A stretch of 64,000 bases of DNA from Nannocystales bacterium (lineage in GTDB: Bacteria; Myxococcota_A; Polyangia; Nannocystales; Nannocystaceae), in the NCBI GenBank assembly GCA_050633305.1, contig JBOEGF010000017.1, positions 104,717 through 168,716 on the forward strand, in the 5' to 3' direction. Made by a program: the position numbers and the translations under genes. Shown in pieces: positions 59,584 to 64,000 of the stretch. The notes beneath the pieces are model-generated. The model searched no databases and was not told the origin of the DNA. It worked only from the letters and a program-made list of their open reading frames with translations. Numbering within the stretch: position 1 is the first letter of the stretch; every line of letters starts with the position of its first letter.

Positions 59584-59835
59584 AATGGGTGCCAGGCGGA
59601 TTCGCCGTGGTGCCACCGACGGGGACGCCCCCAAGACCCTTTCATCGCCCGTAACCGGCGGCTCATCGACAGGGCCGAACGGGCGCTGGGGGCCTGAACT
59701 AGTCGACACTCATGCCACCGTCCTCACCGCCGCAAATCGAGGACGCCAACACCGGCCGCCTGAACACCCGCCGTTTCAAAAATTCGACTTTCGGGCCTAT
59801 CTGCCGCCCCGAGGCCCCCTACGCGCCCGTAGCAA

Positions 59836-60179
59836 TGTCAACGCAAAGTAGAGATGTCGGCCTGTCTGCAAAGTACAGATGTCGTGTTCATGGTCGAATC
59901 CGGGTCTGAGCAGGCGACTTCTTCCGGATCCATATCTTTTCTCTGAGCGACACCTTCTTGTCCTTCAGCCTGGCTTCGTCCCGCTTCTCTTGGCGTCCCT
60001 CGACCCACTTCATGGCCGCCCCCAGTCGCTTGTTCTCGACCACCTCGCCTTGGTCGACGTACGGGTTCTTGTCGAAGAGGGTGAAGGGAAGGGCGCGGCC
60101 ATCGCAGACGACCTCAAGGTGGCCGTCGTCCCACTCATAGATCCGCACCCGACGTCGAACCAGCCCCGTCGTCTCGGGC
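59836..60179 (-). mobile_element. end of ISNCY/IS1202-like element with transposase C-terminal fragment
   Basis: Terminal TGT at 59836; direct repeats GCAAAGTAGAGATGTCG (59843-59859) and GCAAAGTACAGATGTCG (59868-59884); ORF 59888-60148 with DG.LEV...G..LPF..F....VVENKRL. Confidence 0.75.
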
Positions 60180-60315
60180 TGGAGTTGCCCCCGAAAAACC
60201 GGACACGACTACAACGAACACCAGCCCCACAAGGGCCTCAAGATGCTCTCACCGCGGCAGTTTCGCCGCCTTCAAACGAACTGAATACGTGTCCGGTTTT
60301 TCGGGGGCAACTCCA
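60180..60315 (+). mobile_element. 136-bp IS3-family (IS2-like) mini-element
   Basis: Perfect 28-bp TIR TGGAGTTGCCCCCGAAAAACCGGACACG (60180-60207 and 60288-60315); interior encodes DYNEHQPHKGLKMLSPRQFRR*, an IS3 OrfB C-terminus. Confidence 0.88.
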
Positions 60316-60598
60316 CTCGGCCTGACCATCCACAGCGGGCAAACCATGGCTGAGCCCCGCCGTCTTCAGCCGAGTCTGAAGGGGAGCGTCTCTGGGAGCG
60401 GGTCAAGGTCGGCCGCCCACATGCCTCGAAAGCCCTACAGACACCCGATACGGCGCTTTCTGGGCAGATGCTGTTGGCTGCGACAGAGGCCGCCCCGCAT
60501 GTAGGGGACCCGGCACCTCTTAGCGCCGTCTACCGTTCCGATGCTCCCCATGCCCCGATCCCAAACGCGACTTGTCCACTCGGCGTGGTCCGTCTCGT

Positions 60599-61468
60599 TC
60601 AGTTCGCGAGCCGGAGTAAGGCTTCGCGCGCGACGTCCGCTTGCGCTCCGTCCGGGGCGAGCACTAAGTACTCCCGATACGCCTCAATCGCGGCCTGGGG
60701 GTCATCGAGGAGCTCTAGCGCGAGCGCCCTCAGGAGCCAGCACGGCGCCAGTTCGGGCGACAACTCGGTACAGCGGGTGGCCGATGCAAGCCCCTCCTCG
60801 ATCGCCCGGGCACTCAGCAACTGGATCTCCGCGAGAGACCCCCACGCCTGTCCGTCATCAGGCGCCACGTTGAGACGCTGTCGAAGCCAAGCCTCGGCCT
60901 TCGCGACCTGCACAGCGTTGTCTCGTTGCTGACGCGACTTCTCGAGTTCCTCGACGGGCCCGAGGCGCTCGAGGACGTCGCACAACACCTGAGTGATCCA
61001 GATCTGGCGCGGGCCTCCCTCGATTGGACTGGGGGGTCCAAGCACGACACCGACTCCCCCATGGGTCATTCGGTCCGACAGAATCGGACCGCGGGTGACC
61101 GCGGCCTGCATGAACACGGCGTGGGCGTCGAGAGGACCGTATGCAGCACCGACGTTCCGATAGAACGCCATGCAATCCACCCCCGCGCTTGTCGGTTGAG
61201 CACCGCGGGCGTTCACGGAACCATTCTTCGCCATCGCCACGCTGTCCTCGCGCGCCGCTTCGGCCAGGGCTTGACTCCAACGAAGCGGTGCGAGGCCTCG
61301 GTGAGCGCGCGCGTTTTTGATCTGTTCGAAGTTGACCTCGGCCAGTTGTTCGCCCTGCAGGGCGGCACCGACAACTTCCACGAACGATTCGACGCTGGAG
61401 GGTGCGCTCTGACCGCAATGCAGCTGGAACGTGGCGACGATTTCCTCGACGGAAGACACCTCGGTCAC
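60599..61468 (-). CDS. CAP (SCP) domain + TPR protein, possibly N-terminally truncated
   Basis: N.AR..RGL.PL.WS..LA..AR..S..MA, NV, TH.GVGVV; TPRs AW..LA, CW..RA..LE...A..AYR.YL.LAP. Confidence 0.75.
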   Translation of the reverse strand: MTEVSSVEEIVATFQLHCGQSAPSSVESFVEVVGAALQGEQLAEVNFEQIKNARAHRGLAPLRWSQALAEAAREDSVAMAKNGSVNARGAQPTSAGVDCMAFYRNVGAAYGPLDAHAVFMQAAVTRGPILSDRMTHGGVGVVLGPPSPIEGGPRQIWITQVLCDVLERLGPVEELEKSRQQRDNAVQVAKAEAWLRQRLNVAPDDGQAWGSLAEIQLLSARAIEEGLASATRCTELSPELAPCWLLRALALELLDDPQAAIEAYREYLVLAPDGAQADVAREALLRLAN

Positions 61469-61864
61469 GACGTCGACGTAGCTTACCCCGGCGACGGCTC
61501 CAACCTCAGAAATTGTGGTCCGTATGCGCGCAGCCAGCCCGGCCCTACGATTGCGAGGCGATATGCGCAGGCCTTGAGCAGGAGCCGTACGTCTGTCCCT
61601 GACCTCGGGCCTCGGGCCTCGGGCCTTCTAAGGGAGGAACCACATCCGTGCGGAAACCGATCACAACCTTGCCAACGCTGCGCAGCCCGCTCAAAGCGTA
61701 GGCCTGCGCCGAAACCCGCGGTTTTTGGAATACCTCTTCGGAGGACCCGATTTCAAGGGGCTGGACCCTCCTTCAGAGCCACCCGTTCGGAACACTCCGG
61801 ATCCGACTTTGCCGGCTCCGCTGTGATCGGATTTCGCACCGATATGGTTCCTCCCCTTGGTTCG

Positions 61865-63016
61865 CTATGGGGCTAGGACTCCGCACGCAGTCACGACGAA
61901 GCTTGCTGTCGCACCTGCGGGGTTCGCGATGTACAACTTCTTCTCGTTGACGCCGTACGTCGGATTCGACGTGGTCGTCTTGTTGCCCAGGACCTCACCA
62001 TCGAACAGGTCGGGGTCCTTGGCGCCAGACCGATCCACTTTCACCTTGAAGGTAATGCTGTCGGCGTTCGGGTTCTGCGTGATCAACCAGGTCATTCCGG
62101 TAACGGGTGGTTCCGGTGTTTCGGTGCTGAAGTTGGCACTGGACCGTTCCTTCTGGCCTTTCTGGGGCGCGGGACCCGACGTCACCGTGCCCAGTACCGA
62201 GTAAGGGTTCGGATATCCGGGCAGCGCTAGGACACTACATTCGTTGTCCGAACATCCGGTCAGGAACGCATCAGTCTTCGGACCTCGGGTCGCACCTGCG
62301 GCCAAGAGCTGGCGCCCGACAGCACACAGATTGGGTGCCGGAGGCCGAGCCGCGACCTCTGAGAGGAACGCATCCAAGCGACTCTTTTGTGGCGGCGCGT
62401 GTTGGAGAAGCAGCCGGGCGATCCCGGCCCGATCGGCACTGATGTCCCCCGGCGGCGCATCGGTACCAAGGATCCGATCGAACGGGAGTCGATTTGCCTC
62501 TGGGCCGCCCGCCAAAGTCGGATCGGCGCCCATCATGATGAGCGCTTTGACCACAGCGAGGCGTCCGCTGGCGACGGCCTCGCTGATCACGGAATGGCCA
62601 GCCTCATTCTGGAGGTTCGGATTCGCGCCGGCGTAGAGGAGTGCGCCCACGACCGGCAGATTTCCGGAGGAGGCGGCGACGTGAAGCGCCGTGTTCCCGT
62701 CGCTCCGCGTCTGGTCGAGATCGGCACCCGCACCGATGAGCGTCTGCGCAAAACTCGGGTGTTCACTCGCGAGGTGTACGAGGGGCGGACCGCCGCCCAG
62801 ATCAGGCGAATGGGTGTCGACATTGGCACCGGCGAAGAGCGCAGCCCGAAGTTGGTCCAGGTCCTGCTCGACCGTCGCCCTGATCAGGTCGGCCTGCGCA
62901 TCATTCGGTTTCTGTTCCGCGCCGCAGGCACACAGCGTCACCGCGAGGAGTGCAGACCAGCCGCACCGCGACCAGGCGCGTGCGGATGGGTAACTGAGGA
63001 TGTCGCTCTTCTTCAT
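61865..63016 (-). CDS. ankyrin-repeat lipoprotein with unrecognised C-terminal beta domain
   Basis: Lipobox-like LCAC; GANVD, GNTALHVAA.SG...V..LL.AGANPN, GADP. Confidence 0.85.
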   Translation of the reverse strand: MKKSDILSYPSARAWSRCGWSALLAVTLCACGAEQKPNDAQADLIRATVEQDLDQLRAALFAGANVDTHSPDLGGGPPLVHLASEHPSFAQTLIGAGADLDQTRSDGNTALHVAASSGNLPVVGALLYAGANPNLQNEAGHSVISEAVASGRLAVVKALIMMGADPTLAGGPEANRLPFDRILGTDAPPGDISADRAGIARLLLQHAPPQKSRLDAFLSEVAARPPAPNLCAVGRQLLAAGATRGPKTDAFLTGCSDNECSVLALPGYPNPYSVLGTVTSGPAPQKGQKERSSANFSTETPEPPVTGMTWLITQNPNADSITFKVKVDRSGAKDPDLFDGEVLGNKTTTSNPTYGVNEKKLYIANPAGATASFVVTACGVLAP

Positions 63017-63047
63017 GGGTGCTGTCTAGGGTGCCAGGAAGATTGCT

Positions 63048-63351
63048 GCTGGGGGTCGAAGCACATCGGCGAAAAATGTTGCGCTAAGGACTTATGCGCA
63101 AAGTGGCGGTCAGACGCCCCTTCCAAAATCCCGAATCCGGGCGCGGAGCACCCCTCCACCCGGGAGTCGCCCTCTCGGGGCCGATTTGTATTGTGCGGAA
63201 AGTGATCCCCCTCGTTAGCCCTCGCCCAGATGGCGCATAACACCCGCTACGGGGCCTCTACTTGGCGTACAAGACCAATTGTGCGACGAGTGTTACTCGT
63301 CGCACAATTCCTTAGCGCAACATTTTTCCCCGATGTGCTCCGACTCCCAGC
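63048..63351. repeat. long imperfect inverted repeat enclosing a perfect hairpin
   Basis: 63048-63090 pairs with 63309-63351 (43 bp, 3 mismatches); AATTGTGCGACGAGT-gtt-ACTCGTCGCACAATT at 63277-63309. Confidence 0.85.
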
Positions 63352-63555
63352 CTTGGCGAAGGCTGTCGGATCGGACATCCCCGCACGCACAGAGGCCGCC
63401 CAAGACTCAAGGTCGGCGTCCGTGCTCTCAAGCAACTTCGGAGAGGAATATTATCGGGCACCGTTCTCGGCGCTCTCGCGCGAACACCGGCCTTGGGATC
63501 TAGGGGGTGAGTCGGACTACCGCTCCGACCCATGCCGGCGTTGCACTCGGCCGCC

Positions 63556-63636
63556 ATGCTCACCCTCACCCGCAAAGTCGGACAGCGCACCTTCATAGGG
63601 AGCATCGAGGTCGAGGTCGTCGAACGACGGGCCTAG
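63556..63636 (+). pseudogene. CsrA/RsmA-like 26-aa truncated ORF
   Basis: MLTLTRKVGQRTFIGSIEVEVVERRA* resembles the CsrA N-terminus MLILTRRVGE...IG..V.V.V. Confidence 0.6.
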
Positions 63637-63980
63637 CGGCAGTCCGGGCGTCCGCAGAGGTTCTCGAGACGGACCGCCTGCTCCTGCGCCGCGGCGAACA
63701 GGGTCTCGATCCTCTGCTCGGCGGTGCTCTCGCTCGCCCATAGCTCGGCGAATTGAAACGAGCCCGGCGTCGGCTGGGTGAGCCCGTAGGTCGGCGAGCG
63801 CACGACCACCACGACGTGATCGTTGCGGTCGTGCTCCGGACCGACCAGGATCAGCGGGCCCAGAGTGTCGACCTCGGGCAGCTCCGGCAGCGCAAAACCT
63901 TCGCCGTATCCGGGCTGGGTGGTGCCGCTGCTGTCGTCTTCCCCCGCACCTTCCGGAAGGGTGCCGCCACCGCAGCCGTC
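63633..63980 (-). pseudogene. 3' part of a gene cut by an IS end
   Basis: Open frame DGCGGG...LENLCGRPDCR* begins exactly at the IS terminus with no start codon. Confidence 0.6.
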
Positions 63981-64000
63981 TGGAGTTGCCCCCGAAAAAC
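63981..64000. mobile_element. terminal inverted repeat of a second IS3-family copy (continues beyond window)
   Basis: TGGAGTTGCCCCCGAAAAAC identical to 60180-60199. Confidence 0.88.

Noticed and set aside
61604..61624. CTCGGGC x3 tandem repeat
   Set aside because: Too short and GC-rich to be meaningful without evidence of length variation
63230..63257. dif-like site (GGCGCATAA)
   Set aside because: XerC-like half only; no TTATGTTAAAT-like XerD half at 6-bp spacing

Overview
High-GC window, most likely from a myxobacterium (Myxococcota): it has a MYXO-CTERM sorting signal, a divergent ECF sigma / Ser-Thr kinase pair, an FHA-protease and many Cys/Asp-rich lipoproteins. Nucleotide metabolism dominates the first 44 kb: punA-deoC-ALDH-deoA, class Ia nrdAB under two NrdR boxes plus a cobalamin riboswitch, add-nupC, and hpt with a nucleoside deaminase. 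The best candidate for an undescribed system is at 29.4-38.7 kb. There a coupled five-gene operon (lamin-tail-domain lipoprotein, SNase lipoprotein, 4xLTD lipoprotein, second SNase lipoprotein, ComEA-type HhH domain fused to a predicted outer-membrane beta-barrel) is transcribed divergently from adenosine deaminase and a nucleoside symporter, suggesting extracellular DNA capture, degradation and uptake. The right third holds an RND efflux operon, a Thg1-like/kinase/HD RNA-repair-like cluster and, from about 57 kb, a mosaic of gene and mobile-element fragments (Rpn, resolvase HTH, ISNCY end, a 136-bp IS3-derived mini-element, a csrA-like mini-ORF, nested inverted repeats). No rRNA, tRNA or CRISPR array was seen. 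All calls come from reading motifs by eye; no searches were run.
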